Source: a virus
Taxonomy: Duplodnaviria > Heunggongvirae > Uroviricota > Caudoviricetes
Strand: one strand, 5' to 3'
IMG/VR virus record: IMGVR_UViG_3300017705_000602
Length of the DNA: 64,000 nucleotides
A program made the translations under genes and the position numbers. The notes beneath the pieces were generated by a model, which had not been told where the DNA came from, did not search any database, and saw only the letters and a list, made by a program, of their open reading frames with translations. Of this stretch, positions 55,001-64,000 are shown in pieces. Within the stretch, counting starts at the first letter, position 1. Each line of letters starts with the position of its first letter.

Positions 55001-55008
55001 TATAAATC
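55001..55008 (+). promoter_or_regulatory. T4-type late promoter-like element TATAAATC
   Basis: TATAAAT 14 nt upstream of tail-tube ATG, preceded by tgataaatatatgca motif also found at 6953. Confidence 0.4.
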
Positions 55009-55021
55009 CTAGGAGAAAAAT

Positions 55022-55636
55022 ATGGCAGATTTATCAAAATTCGGTGTTCCGCTAGATGGGCAAAAGCTTGGTATTTTGCACCCGAAGCAACAATATCGAT
55101 TCCGTGTTAGATTTAACAACTTTGGTCTTAATACCCAAATGCGTGAATTAACACAAAACGTTGTAAGTGTAACTAGACCATCAGTTAGTTACGAACCAGT
55201 TGAATTGCATTCGTACAATTCGCGTGGTTATATTGCAGGCAAGCACGAATGGGAAACTGTTGAAATTACTTTGCGTGATGACATCAATAACTCAGTTATT
55301 GCTGAAGTTGGCGCTCAAGTACAAAAGCAAGTTAACCATTACGAACAAACCTCAGCAGTTGCAGGTATCAACTACAAGTTTACTTGTTTTATCGACTCGC
55401 TTGACGGTACTAACAACGAAGAGCTTGAAGCTTGGGAATTAAATGGATGTTTCTTATCTAACGTAGCATACCCAGAAGGTAACTACGAAAACTCTGAAGC
55501 AAACATTGTAACACTTACTGTTCGTTATGACGTTGCAACTAACATTGCCGGTCCTAACACTAACGGTGGCGCTACTACAGGTGATGATCCAATGATCAAT
55601 CTACCTAGCTTAACTGGCGGAAGTTTGTTCGGTTAA
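55022..55636 (+). CDS. tail tube protein (gp19-like)
   Basis: 204 aa immediately after sheath; KQQYRFRVRFNNFG and C-terminal beta-rich pattern typical of myovirus tube proteins. Confidence 0.6.
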   Translation: MADLSKFGVPLDGQKLGILHPKQQYRFRVRFNNFGLNTQMRELTQNVVSVTRPSVSYEPVELHSYNSRGYIAGKHEWETVEITLRDDINNSVIAEVGAQVQKQVNHYEQTSAVAGINYKFTCFIDSLDGTNNEELEAWELNGCFLSNVAYPEGNYENSEANIVTLTVRYDVATNIAGPNTNGGATTGDDPMINLPSLTGGSLFG

Positions 55637-55639
55637 TAG

Positions 55640-56863
55640 ATGCCTCAAGTTAAATCGGACGGAGCACAACAGAATCCTACTGGCGATCAAGCTGGTGGGT
55701 TTCTGGCTGGTACACGAGAAGTATTCGAGGGCGTAACAGGCGGCATTCGCGACACACAAGAAGAGATTAACGAAGCTCTTGGCGTAGGTAGCGGTCGTGT
55801 TGACCCTTCGAGTACACCTATACTCCGCACTAGTGATTTAGCGCGACGAACATTTGGTGTTGACAAGGATTTGTATAACAAGTCCACTCCTTTATTAGGG
55901 TTTCAATACTTTGTGCGTGTTAACTATAACGGTGCATTAAAGGAGTTCGTTGAAGCATACTTTAAAGAGCAAGGCGGTTTCGAAAGCAATAACACATTAG
56001 TTAAATCTGTTACTATGCCTTCGATTGGTGTCGAGTCTGAAATCTTTAACGAATATAACCGTAAAAGAATTAGCCAAACAAAACTAAAGTTTGATCCAAT
56101 TGACATGGTGTTTCATGATGTTTCGAATGGTAACACTTTAAAACTTTGGCAGATGTACTATCAGTATTATTTTGCTGATGGTAGATACAGTACAAAAAGT
56201 CAGGCAGTCAAAGACGCACCTGTTAATCCAGTTGATTTTGAACATCGTAACTATGGTTACGATATCGGTACTGAGGCCGGTAGAGTCAACGATGTAAGAT
56301 ACTTGTATAAATCCATCGAGATATTTCAAGTTTCTGCAGGATCGTTTAACAAAGTTACATTGTACAATCCGCGCATAGTCGATTTTAAGCATGACACTTT
56401 AGACTATTCTAAAAACGATTTAGTTGAAGTTAGCTATACAATTGATTACGAATGGGCTGAGTACGAGTTTAAGTCTCGCAACAGTACTAATACCCCACAA
56501 GAAATAAGCGAAGAAGCCGATATTGAATCATATTTTGCAAACAGCAATGTGTTTGAATATCAGTCTTTTGATCCAGCACCAGCACCTAACGAACCGTATC
56601 CAGATGGCTTGTTAGGCGATATAGCTGAGATAGTCGACACTGTACAAACAGGAATCGAGACAGTCGAAGCCGCTAAAGGCTTTGCAAGAAACATAGCCGG
56701 CAAAGTACAAAGTGTCAGCGCACTAGGAAATCAAATTCAAAAAGAAGTACTTGGCGTTGACGAACCACCATTTCCGTTACCTAGCGTTAGAGGGTTCACG
56801 TCACGCATAGACGACATACCTACTAACTATCCAGATGTTAGAAGGGTTAGGAAAGGTGGATAA
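55640..56863 (+). CDS. hypothetical structural protein (possible tube-like paralog)
   Basis: 407 aa after tube gene; C-terminal YTIDYEWAEYEF resembles tube-fold terminal strand. Confidence 0.4.
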   Translation: MPQVKSDGAQQNPTGDQAGGFLAGTREVFEGVTGGIRDTQEEINEALGVGSGRVDPSSTPILRTSDLARRTFGVDKDLYNKSTPLLGFQYFVRVNYNGALKEFVEAYFKEQGGFESNNTLVKSVTMPSIGVESEIFNEYNRKRISQTKLKFDPIDMVFHDVSNGNTLKLWQMYYQYYFADGRYSTKSQAVKDAPVNPVDFEHRNYGYDIGTEAGRVNDVRYLYKSIEIFQVSAGSFNKVTLYNPRIVDFKHDTLDYSKNDLVEVSYTIDYEWAEYEFKSRNSTNTPQEISEEADIESYFANSNVFEYQSFDPAPAPNEPYPDGLLGDIAEIVDTVQTGIETVEAAKGFARNIAGKVQSVSALGNQIQKEVLGVDEPPFPLPSVRGFTSRIDDIPTNYPDVRRVRKGG

Positions 56864-57339
56864 TGGCAAGCAGACAAACAATTAAAAACTCCCAGCTCGG
56901 GAGATTCAGTACTCAAATACTTGAACAAAAAGGCGCAGAAAGAACTGTTCGGAATGTTAACGGTGCTCGTGCCAATGTATACTCAGGTGCAACAGGCGGC
57001 GAAACATTCTTATCACCTGACGCAATACGACTTGCTTTTACTAACACTACAGGCGGCAGCGTTAACGACGACTTGTTTAATGTAGTGTTCTGTTACTTTG
57101 AGAAAATAAGTAAGTCGAAACAAACTGCGTCAACGCTTGCGGTTATTTTAATCGATGCCGCCAAAATACAAGGCGTCTCACCTCTTAATTTAATACAAGC
57201 AGCCAATCAAGGTAAAGTTAATTTAGTAGAATCAATCTATCCTTATATAAACTTACTTCGCGGTGCAGGCGATCAACACGAAAGAGTTCGTAGCATTAAC
57301 AACAATGCAAGTCCTAAAAGCAGAGGTGTTCAACCTTGA
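56863..57339 (+). CDS. hypothetical protein
   Basis: 158-aa ORF, ATGG overlap. Confidence 0.5.
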   Translation: MASRQTIKNSQLGRFSTQILEQKGAERTVRNVNGARANVYSGATGGETFLSPDAIRLAFTNTTGGSVNDDLFNVVFCYFEKISKSKQTASTLAVILIDAAKIQGVSPLNLIQAANQGKVNLVESIYPYINLLRGAGDQHERVRSINNNASPKSRGVQP

Positions 57340-57767
57340 GCAATTTTCATCAGAACTATTATAAAGTAAAAAACCCGGACAAGTATTCGGGTAAAACTGC
57401 ACCTTACTATAGATCGTCTTGGGAACTAGCAGTCTGCAGAATGTGCGATAATCACCCTAACATTTTAGAATGGTCTTCGGAATCTATAAAAATTCCGTAT
57501 AAGCATCCGCTCAAAGGGACAATGACTGTGTATGTACCCGACTTTGTTGTGTTATTCGAAGACAAAGATGGTAATCGTAGACTTGAAGTATGGGAAATAA
57601 AACCATCATCGCAAACATTTGTAGAACAAGCCAAGAAAGAAAAGGATAAATTAGCATTAGCAGTAAATGCGGCAAAGTGGCAAGCGGCACAACAATGGTG
57701 CTCAAGGCGCGGTGCAGTATTTAAAGTAATTAATGAAGATAGTATCTTTTCAAAGAAAAGGAAATAA
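57336..57767 (+). CDS. PD-(D/E)xK nuclease-like protein
   Basis: VYVPDFVVLFEDKDGNRRLEVWEIK gives PD...E.K catalytic triad spacing. Confidence 0.4.
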   Translation: MSNFHQNYYKVKNPDKYSGKTAPYYRSSWELAVCRMCDNHPNILEWSSESIKIPYKHPLKGTMTVYVPDFVVLFEDKDGNRRLEVWEIKPSSQTFVEQAKKEKDKLALAVNAAKWQAAQQWCSRRGAVFKVINEDSIFSKKRK

Positions 57768-57770
57768 CAC

Positions 57771-58256
57771 ATGACAAGACAGCTCGAAGAAGAACTTGGA
57801 TTACCACCGTACGAAGAAGATAACACTGCCGACATCGAAGAGCACGAAGAGCAGTCTGCTACCATGTTAGAATCTTTGTCAACTGCTGAAAAGCTTGACA
57901 ATGCATTGGCCGCAGTTACAGGTGTTGATAAACACGATAAAGAAATGGAAGAAATATCCGGACACGCATTATCGTCATACAAGGACTTAGTTGAACTCGG
58001 CAAGAATTCGCCACTAGGACAGTCGGGTAGAATTTACGAAGTTGCTGGACAAATGCTCAAACATGCACTTGATGCCCGCAATTCTAAAGCAGATAGAAAA
58101 ATAAAACTGCTAGAACTGCAAATGAAAAAATTAAAGATTGAACAGGACAGCGGCGAAGGCGAAGGCGCACGCAAAGGCGAAGAACTTGATCGTAATGAGC
58201 TATTAAGTCTCATACGTTCGAATGCGCAGCCAAGCGAGCAGTCCGACGATAAATAG
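57771..58256 (+). CDS. acidic coiled-coil protein (small terminase candidate by size/composition only)
   Basis: 161 aa, acidic N-terminus, heptad region RKIKLLELQMKKLKIEQ; two genes upstream of large terminase. Confidence 0.3.
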   Translation: MTRQLEEELGLPPYEEDNTADIEEHEEQSATMLESLSTAEKLDNALAAVTGVDKHDKEMEEISGHALSSYKDLVELGKNSPLGQSGRIYEVAGQMLKHALDARNSKADRKIKLLELQMKKLKIEQDSGEGEGARKGEELDRNELLSLIRSNAQPSEQSDDK

Positions 58257-58284
58257 TGGTAATAAAAGAATTCCGGAGATAAAG

Positions 58285-58899
58285 ATGCACATGGGTTTAA
58301 AAGATTATTTAAGTAGTTCGTACCCAGAGTACAAATATACTATTAAATTGGCAGTTGATGCCGTAACAGATGACATGCTTGATTGCATGGAAAACTGTTT
58401 TGCTAAGTACGACTTGAAAACAGCAAGTAAATTCCGTGAAACTCCAATACAGGAAAGTCCGTTAGATTTCCCGCAAGTGAAAAATACACCAGTGTTTATT
58501 TCCGAGATTGTATTGCAGTATCCGGCAAGTAGAGATTATCTAAATACAAAACTTGCCGACATGCTTGGTGTTTCAAAACAACGAATAGTTGTTTACAGTG
58601 AAAACGATCCGCGATTTGCCGAAACAGATTTGTACATTTCAAGAATGATAAATCATGATAACAAAGGCGAAGCTAAGTTAGGTAAAGATGATTACAAAGG
58701 CGAAGAAGCCGAAGATCCAAAAGGCACTGAAGATCAACGCCTGGATTTACTTAAAGACTTAGAAAAAGCGCGTAAAGAAAGAGAAACCAACGAAGCGCAT
58801 GCTGAATCGGACAATGTTCTACCAGCTGATTACGATTCGTTTGACAAAACTAAAGAAGAAAGTTCACCGGGTTTATTCGGCAGAATGAAAGAAAAATAA
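58285..58899 (+). CDS. hypothetical protein
   Basis: ATG 58285 after GGAGATAAAG; Lys/Glu-rich C-terminus. Confidence 0.5.
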   Translation: MHMGLKDYLSSSYPEYKYTIKLAVDAVTDDMLDCMENCFAKYDLKTASKFRETPIQESPLDFPQVKNTPVFISEIVLQYPASRDYLNTKLADMLGVSKQRIVVYSENDPRFAETDLYISRMINHDNKGEAKLGKDDYKGEEAEDPKGTEDQRLDLLKDLEKARKERETNEAHAESDNVLPADYDSFDKTKEESSPGLFGRMKEK

Positions 58900-58909
58900 A
58901 GGACTAGTT

Positions 58910-60097
58910 ATGAGTAATGAAATAAACAGACTACGAGAACTAGCCGGTATTAAGCAAGAACCGGTGAAAAGTAAAAGTAAAAAATTAGACGAAGGCGTTA
59001 TTGGCGGAATGCAAGAAGTCCGACACGTAAGCGAACGACAGGATATTGACTGGAACGATTATTTCGACAACGATCGCGAAGCCGGCCAAGAAGCAAGTTT
59101 ACCGGATTACGAAGAAGAAGATCCGATGGATATCTTTACCAAAGGCGCACGAGTCGATTACGAAGACGACGAAGTCGGAGACGAACATGATTCAGTTGAA
59201 ATGGTCGACCGTGCAAGATTCGACGACGAGCATTATAACGATTCACAACCTTCGACGTTAGACGATTATGAGCGCAAGTTAAGATATCGTGAGCTTACTG
59301 GCGAATCAATGAACGAAAGCCGCGAAGGCGTTTGTATGACCAAAGCAGGCCAAGGCAAATCTTGCACCACGCAAGATGTTTTAGCAGATCTTAAAAACGG
59401 TGACAGCACCGCACTGTACTTTGCCGATGAAACGCAAATACAACAGTTGATTGACAAGGGTCAAATCGACGAAGATTATTTTGCACAGTGGTTGGATGCC
59501 CAGGAAGAAATGGCGCATTTAAGACACGAAGCTAACCAAGAATTCGGCGGAATGCAAGAGTCAGATATTGATTCGTTAGCAAATGACATGGAAGAAGATG
59601 TTCTTGTTAACAAAGAAGATCGCATTGTCGACGATGCCCGAGAAATGATGAACCGTGGCATGGACCTTGATTCTGTTGTAATGGCACTTGCTGATGAATA
59701 CGGCTTAGGCACTGAAGAACAGTTTGGGCTATACAATGCTGTAATGAATCCAGTTGAAGAAGCAACCGACGATGACGTAAAGCCTGACTATATTGATTTA
59801 GATAACGATGGCGACACCGAAGAGCCAATGGCACAAGCGGCTGACGACAAGCGTTATGTCCAAAAAGACAACGATGAAAAAGTCGACGAAGATTACGACA
59901 ACGGTTACGACAAGCAAATTGAAGTTGATGTCGACGGTTATTTCCCTAATGGCGCGCATCACTCGGTTGCAAAAGACGCAGGGCCGAGTTCAGCCAAGCA
60001 AGGCGATAACCCGTTGCAAAAGAAAATGGATGTAACAGAAAGTAAATCTATACACAGAGACTTGGCGTCCAATTATAGGTTATTTAAAAAGTCATAA
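58910..60097 (+). CDS. highly acidic protein (scaffold/internal-protein-like composition)
   Basis: 395 aa, ~30% Asp+Glu; AAGGACTAGTTATG RBS. Confidence 0.5.
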   Translation: MSNEINRLRELAGIKQEPVKSKSKKLDEGVIGGMQEVRHVSERQDIDWNDYFDNDREAGQEASLPDYEEEDPMDIFTKGARVDYEDDEVGDEHDSVEMVDRARFDDEHYNDSQPSTLDDYERKLRYRELTGESMNESREGVCMTKAGQGKSCTTQDVLADLKNGDSTALYFADETQIQQLIDKGQIDEDYFAQWLDAQEEMAHLRHEANQEFGGMQESDIDSLANDMEEDVLVNKEDRIVDDAREMMNRGMDLDSVVMALADEYGLGTEEQFGLYNAVMNPVEEATDDDVKPDYIDLDNDGDTEEPMAQAADDKRYVQKDNDEKVDEDYDNGYDKQIEVDVDGYFPNGAHHSVAKDAGPSSAKQGDNPLQKKMDVTESKSIHRDLASNYRLFKKS

Positions 60098-60100
60098 TTT

Positions 60101-61663
60101 ATGATAGATGATAAGTTAGTTAAAAAGGCCTATTCTAGGGTACATTACACTGCGGAGCAAATTGAAGAGCTTCGCAAATGCATGCACCCTGAGACTGGCC
60201 CAATGTACTTTCTTGAAAACTTTATGTATATACAGCATCCTACACAAGGTAGGATGCTTTTTCAGCCTTATGAGTTTCAGAGAGGACTAGTTGATTCTTA
60301 CCATAATTATCGAAAATCAATAAACATGGTTTCGCGACAAATGGGTAAGTCAACTGTGGCAGCAGGATATCTGTTGTGGTATGCAATGTTCATATCAGAT
60401 TCTACTGTTCTTGTTGCATCTAACAAACATGACGGTGCATTGGAAATTATGCAACGTATTCGATATGCATACGAAAGTATACCAGATCATATTCGTGCAG
60501 GTGTTGTTGCATACAACAAAAAATCATTAGAATTTGATAACGGCTCACGTATTATTGCACAAACTACAACAGCAAACACTGGACGTGGTTTATCATTGTC
60601 ATTAATATACATGGATGAGCTCGCGTTCGTAGATCACGGCATCGCCAAAGAACTATGGACGTCACTGTCACCTACACTATCAACGGGTGGTAAATGTATT
60701 ATTACAAGTACGCCTAACATTGAAGATGATCAGTTTGCCGAAATATGGTTTAATGCTAACAAGCTAACTGACGAATACGGTAACGAAACTGAAATTGGTC
60801 CTAACGGATTTAAGCCATTCTTTGCTGACTGGAAATCGCATCCAGATCGAGATGACGACTGGGCTACTGCTGAACGTAATGCTGTGGGCGATGATAAATT
60901 CAAGCGTGAGCACGAATGTCAGTTTATAGCGTTTGAAGAAACATTAATAGCATCTGCTAAACTTGCACAGCTTGAAGGTGCCACACCTAAGCGTACTGAG
61001 CATCAAGTTAGATGGTACAAAGATATTGACCCGAATTGCACTTATGTAATCGGGCTAGATCCTTCGATGGGAACCGGCGGCGACAATGCCGCAATACAAG
61101 TGTGGGAATTACCAACACTGCGACAAGTTGCAGAATGGCAACACAACAAAACCCGCATAGAAGATCAAGTGGCGTTATTAAGAGACATAGGACGTCATAT
61201 ACAATCTAAAGGTGACCCAGAAGTTTATTGGTCAGTGGAAAATAATACACTAGGCGAAGCCGCTTTAGTTGTAATACGTGATACAGGCGAAGACCACTTT
61301 GCAGGTTCTATGTTGCACGATCCAGATACACGTGGTGCTCGTAAACGTAAAGGGTATACAACTACCCCGCGTTCGAAACAAGAAGCATGTGCTACATTAA
61401 AACGTCTAGTTGAAAACGGTCAGTTAGACATTAATTCGAAAGCGTTAATAAGTGAACTTAAAACATTCATATATCGTGGTGGTACTTATGCTGCCAGGAA
61501 TGGAACTACAGATGACTTGGTAATGGCATTGATACTTGTACTAAGAATGGCTGACTTTATTGCTAAGTGGGAAGACACTACCAGCGCGGCATTATCAAGT
61601 AACTTAGCATTCGGCGAAGATGAAGACGATGACGAATCACCAATGCCACTAGCATTTATATAA
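60101..61663 (+). CDS. terminase large subunit (T4 gp17-like)
   Basis: Walker A VSRQMGKST, Walker B LIYMDELAF, C-terminal nuclease region; 520 aa. Confidence 0.85.
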   Translation: MIDDKLVKKAYSRVHYTAEQIEELRKCMHPETGPMYFLENFMYIQHPTQGRMLFQPYEFQRGLVDSYHNYRKSINMVSRQMGKSTVAAGYLLWYAMFISDSTVLVASNKHDGALEIMQRIRYAYESIPDHIRAGVVAYNKKSLEFDNGSRIIAQTTTANTGRGLSLSLIYMDELAFVDHGIAKELWTSLSPTLSTGGKCIITSTPNIEDDQFAEIWFNANKLTDEYGNETEIGPNGFKPFFADWKSHPDRDDDWATAERNAVGDDKFKREHECQFIAFEETLIASAKLAQLEGATPKRTEHQVRWYKDIDPNCTYVIGLDPSMGTGGDNAAIQVWELPTLRQVAEWQHNKTRIEDQVALLRDIGRHIQSKGDPEVYWSVENNTLGEAALVVIRDTGEDHFAGSMLHDPDTRGARKRKGYTTTPRSKQEACATLKRLVENGQLDINSKALISELKTFIYRGGTYAARNGTTDDLVMALILVLRMADFIAKWEDTTSAALSSNLAFGEDEDDDESPMPLAFI

Positions 61664-61673
61664 AGGATAACTA

Positions 61674-62966
61674 ATGGTCAAGTTTGAGAGATTAGCAGAA
61701 AAGATTTTTGGTGTACTACGAAGCGCAAGCGACGAAGTGAAAATTTATACACCGGACGGTGATATCACAGTTGACCCTCAGTTAGGCACTCGGTTTTATG
61801 TACCTGAGCCAAGCATGATGGTTACTATTGATACAGACAACAACGAAATCGAGCTAAGTATAAACAAAGAAGAGTCTTTTGAAGCAACTGAAAAGATGCA
61901 ACGCAGACTAAAAAACTTAGCAAACGAGTTTCTAATTAATTATACAGTTAAGAACTATGGGAAGAGTATTCAACCGCGAGACTTCTCCTATAAAGCAAAA
62001 ATAAATAGGATGAGAAAAATGGCTGATCAACAAGTATCTGAATCGATGTCACGTATGTACGGTTCAAAAAAGACCAGTTACCAACAGGTCGAAAGCGTAA
62101 AGCTCTTGGTTAAACACAAAACCGCAGTAGACGAAGATGTTCGCGGTTCAAGAGCAAGAAACATCAAAGACATTTTTATTGAAATGGCTGGCGAACGTTT
62201 TAGGTTCCCGCACAAACACCTCGGTGGTGCTCGTGCTATGGCTCGTCACATGTCTTACGGTGGCGTAATGGAAGATGCTGTAGGCAACTACATTATCGAA
62301 AACACTGGCAGAATGCTAAAGCTCAAAGAGTTTGTTCAGTATGCTAAAACAAACAACTTGATCAACGAAAGCACTCAGCAAATATTAGAAACTGTTAACG
62401 AAAATCTAGCATCAATCAAGCATGATATTGCCAGACTGTCTGGTACTAACACTTATCATGTTATTGCCGAGCGTATCAAAGAAACAGAACCACTTGAACT
62501 GAGCGAAGATCAATACGGGTACACAGAAGACGATCTTAAAGATATGTTCACTGTTAAATCGTTTAGCGAAAAGTTCGAGTCTTTGTTACCAACTGTAAAC
62601 AAGATGGTAGCAGAAAAAGATCATTACTTGCGTAAAGTAGAAGAAAGCTCAAGTTCTACAATTTGGGTAAATGGAAATCTTGACTTAACTGAAGAAAAGA
62701 TGCTACAATTCGAATCTGAACAAGCAAGACTAGGATATCGCTTAGGCGCTATTGCTTCGCTTATTTCGGAAAACGAAACATTGTCTACATATATAAGTAA
62801 AGTATCTAAGCGCATGCAACAAGGTCAAGATATTAATGCCTTTGAACACAGCGTGATAAATAATGTACTTGAAAATCTTACTGTAAAAACAGAAGAAACT
62901 GTATCGGAAGATTTAAAAGAAAGCAAAGAATTCGAATTGTCACTGGAGAAATACACTAGAGTATAA
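61674..62966 (+). CDS. hypothetical protein
   Basis: 430-aa ORF, AAGGATAACTAATG RBS. Confidence 0.55.
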   Translation: MVKFERLAEKIFGVLRSASDEVKIYTPDGDITVDPQLGTRFYVPEPSMMVTIDTDNNEIELSINKEESFEATEKMQRRLKNLANEFLINYTVKNYGKSIQPRDFSYKAKINRMRKMADQQVSESMSRMYGSKKTSYQQVESVKLLVKHKTAVDEDVRGSRARNIKDIFIEMAGERFRFPHKHLGGARAMARHMSYGGVMEDAVGNYIIENTGRMLKLKEFVQYAKTNNLINESTQQILETVNENLASIKHDIARLSGTNTYHVIAERIKETEPLELSEDQYGYTEDDLKDMFTVKSFSEKFESLLPTVNKMVAEKDHYLRKVEESSSSTIWVNGNLDLTEEKMLQFESEQARLGYRLGAIASLISENETLSTYISKVSKRMQQGQDINAFEHSVINNVLENLTVKTEETVSEDLKESKEFELSLEKYTRV

Positions 62967-62971
62967 ACTGG

Positions 62972-63000
62972 TTGACAACCAGAATATGATTAAGTATAAT
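62972..63000 (+). promoter_or_regulatory. sigma70-type promoter TTGACA-17-TATAAT upstream of SSB gene
   Basis: TTGACA 62972-62977, TATAAT 62995-63000. Confidence 0.6.
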
Positions 63001-63129
63001 ACTTGAACATTAAGAGGGCTAGGCGACTAGCCCCTACACTACACATAATAGTTGGAACAGCATAACGCGACTCAGTACGGCTAACATAACAAATGGACAG
63101 CGTTTAGGATTATTAAAAGGAATTTAAAA

Positions 63130-64000
63130 ATGACATCTAAACTTGACGAAATTCGCAAGAAACTACAAGCCGCGGATTCCCGCAAACAGCCATCAACCTC
63201 TTCAGGTGAAACCTTTCCGTTTTGGAACTTAGACAATGATACATCAGCAAAAATTCGATTCTTACCTGACGGTAACGAAGACAATACATTTTTCTGGGTA
63301 GAGAAACAAGTTATTAAACTTCGTTTCCCTGGTATCAAAGGCGACGATGAGAACAAAGAAGTAATCATCCAAGTGCCGTGTATGGAAATGTATGGCGAGT
63401 CTTGCCCTGTTTTAGCAGAAGTACGCCCATGGTGGAATGATGACTCGTTAAAATCAACTGCATCGCAGTATTGGAAAAAGCGCAGTTACATTTTTCAGGG
63501 TTTTGTGCAAGATAGCGACTTTGCAGAAAAAGATTTGCCAGAAAATCCAATTCGCAAATTTGTTATTGGTCCACAAATTTTTACACTTATTAAAAGTTCA
63601 TTGCTTGACCCGGACTTAGAAGCATTGCCAACAGACTATTACAATGGTCTTGATTTTACAATCACAAAGACACAAAAAGGGCAATACGCTGATTATAGCA
63701 CTTCTAAATGGGCACGCCGTGAAACAGCATTAACTGATGAGCAAATCGGTGCAGTAAAAGAGCACGGGTTAAAGAACTTAAATGACTGGTTGCCAGAGAA
63801 GCCATCGGCTGAACAACTTGGCGCTATTTACGAAATGTTCGAAGCATCTGTTAATGGTGAGTTATACGATCCAGAGCGATTTGCAAAATTTTATCGCCCT
63901 TGGGGTTTTGAGTACTCAGGCCCTACTGCATCAAGTAACTCGGCTCCTCCAAAGACTGAGTCAGAACCAAAGACTGAGTCGGCACCTGCTCCTTCAGAAA
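63130..64000 (+). CDS. gp32-like single-stranded DNA-binding protein (3' partial at window end)
   Basis: IRFLPDGNEDNTFFWVEKQV resembles T4 gp32 IRFLPSKNDEQAPF; Zn-site-like VPCMEMYGESCPV; acidic Ser/Pro/Glu-rich C-terminal tail; AAAGGA RBS. Confidence 0.7.
   Translation, partial: MTSKLDEIRKKLQAADSRKQPSTSSGETFPFWNLDNDTSAKIRFLPDGNEDNTFFWVEKQVIKLRFPGIKGDDENKEVIIQVPCMEMYGESCPVLAEVRPWWNDDSLKSTASQYWKKRSYIFQGFVQDSDFAEKDLPENPIRKFVIGPQIFTLIKSSLLDPDLEALPTDYYNGLDFTITKTQKGQYADYSTSKWARRETALTDEQIGAVKEHGLKNLNDWLPEKPSAEQLGAIYEMFEASVNGELYDPERFAKFYRPWGFEYSGPTASSNSAPPKTESEPKTESAPAPSE

Noticed and set aside
57452-58003. 183-aa minus-strand ORF
   Set aside because: It is antisense to two contiguous + strand genes and is Ser/Cys-rich low complexity.
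57771-58256. Confident call of small terminase subunit
   Set aside because: Size and coiled-coil character fit gp16-type TerS. However, two other genes separate it from TerL and no DNA-binding motif was recognised, so it is kept only as a low-confidence candidate.
1-64000. CRISPR arrays, integrase/att sites, transposases
   Set aside because: No direct-repeat/spacer periodicity and no tyrosine/serine recombinase or transposase motifs were seen. The only mobile-type genes are the two HNH endonucleases.

Overview
This 64 kb window is a segment of a large virulent myovirus genome, distantly T4-like. It is about 40% GC and almost entirely transcribed on the + strand, with tight, often ATGA-overlapping gene junctions.

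The T4-like assignment rests on these recognisable proteins: rIIA/rIIB, a gp32-type SSB (3' truncated at the window end), a gp17-type large terminase, a gp1-type dNMP kinase, DHFR, an NrdC-like glutaredoxin, a contractile tail sheath (867 aa) and a tail tube.

The first ~25 kb is a tRNA island. I could parse about 27 tRNAs by hand, including three CAT-anticodon tRNAs, class II Leu/Ser/Tyr tRNAs, and several fragmentary or irregular tRNA-like elements.

Interleaved with the tRNAs are small ORFs, two paralogous HNH homing endonucleases flanked by tRNA fragments, and a striking set of accessory enzymes:
- two diverged QueC-like PP-loop proteins, a radical-SAM/SPASM enzyme, a DEDDh exonuclease and DUF1353;
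- several 2OG-Fe(II)/cupin oxygenases and an SDR;
- a ProB-like glutamate-5-kinase with a PUA domain;
- an RfaE-domain-II-type nucleotidyltransferase;
- a TylF-type methyltransferase and a sulfotransferase-like protein;
- two PEP-CTERM-type secreted proteins;
- a rubredoxin translationally coupled to DHFR, and a Bfd-like ferredoxin.

The middle of the window carries:
- an M15 endolysin and an overlapped spanin pair;
- an SPFH protein plus a DUF2207-like/LemA membrane module;
- a UvdE UV-damage endonuclease fused by ATGA overlap to a GH6-family glycoside hydrolase;
- a eukaryotic-type phosphomannomutase and a truncated UDP-glucose-dehydrogenase-like protein.

Two long ORF-free, structure-rich regions stand out. 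The first, 33.3-34.4 kb, has two strong sigma70 promoters, an embedded tRNA and a terminator. The second, 54.3-55.0 kb, lies between the sheath and tube genes. Both may encode RNAs or regulatory elements.

All calls are from manual motif reading. The tRNA coordinates and anticodons should be confirmed with tRNAscan-SE or Infernal.
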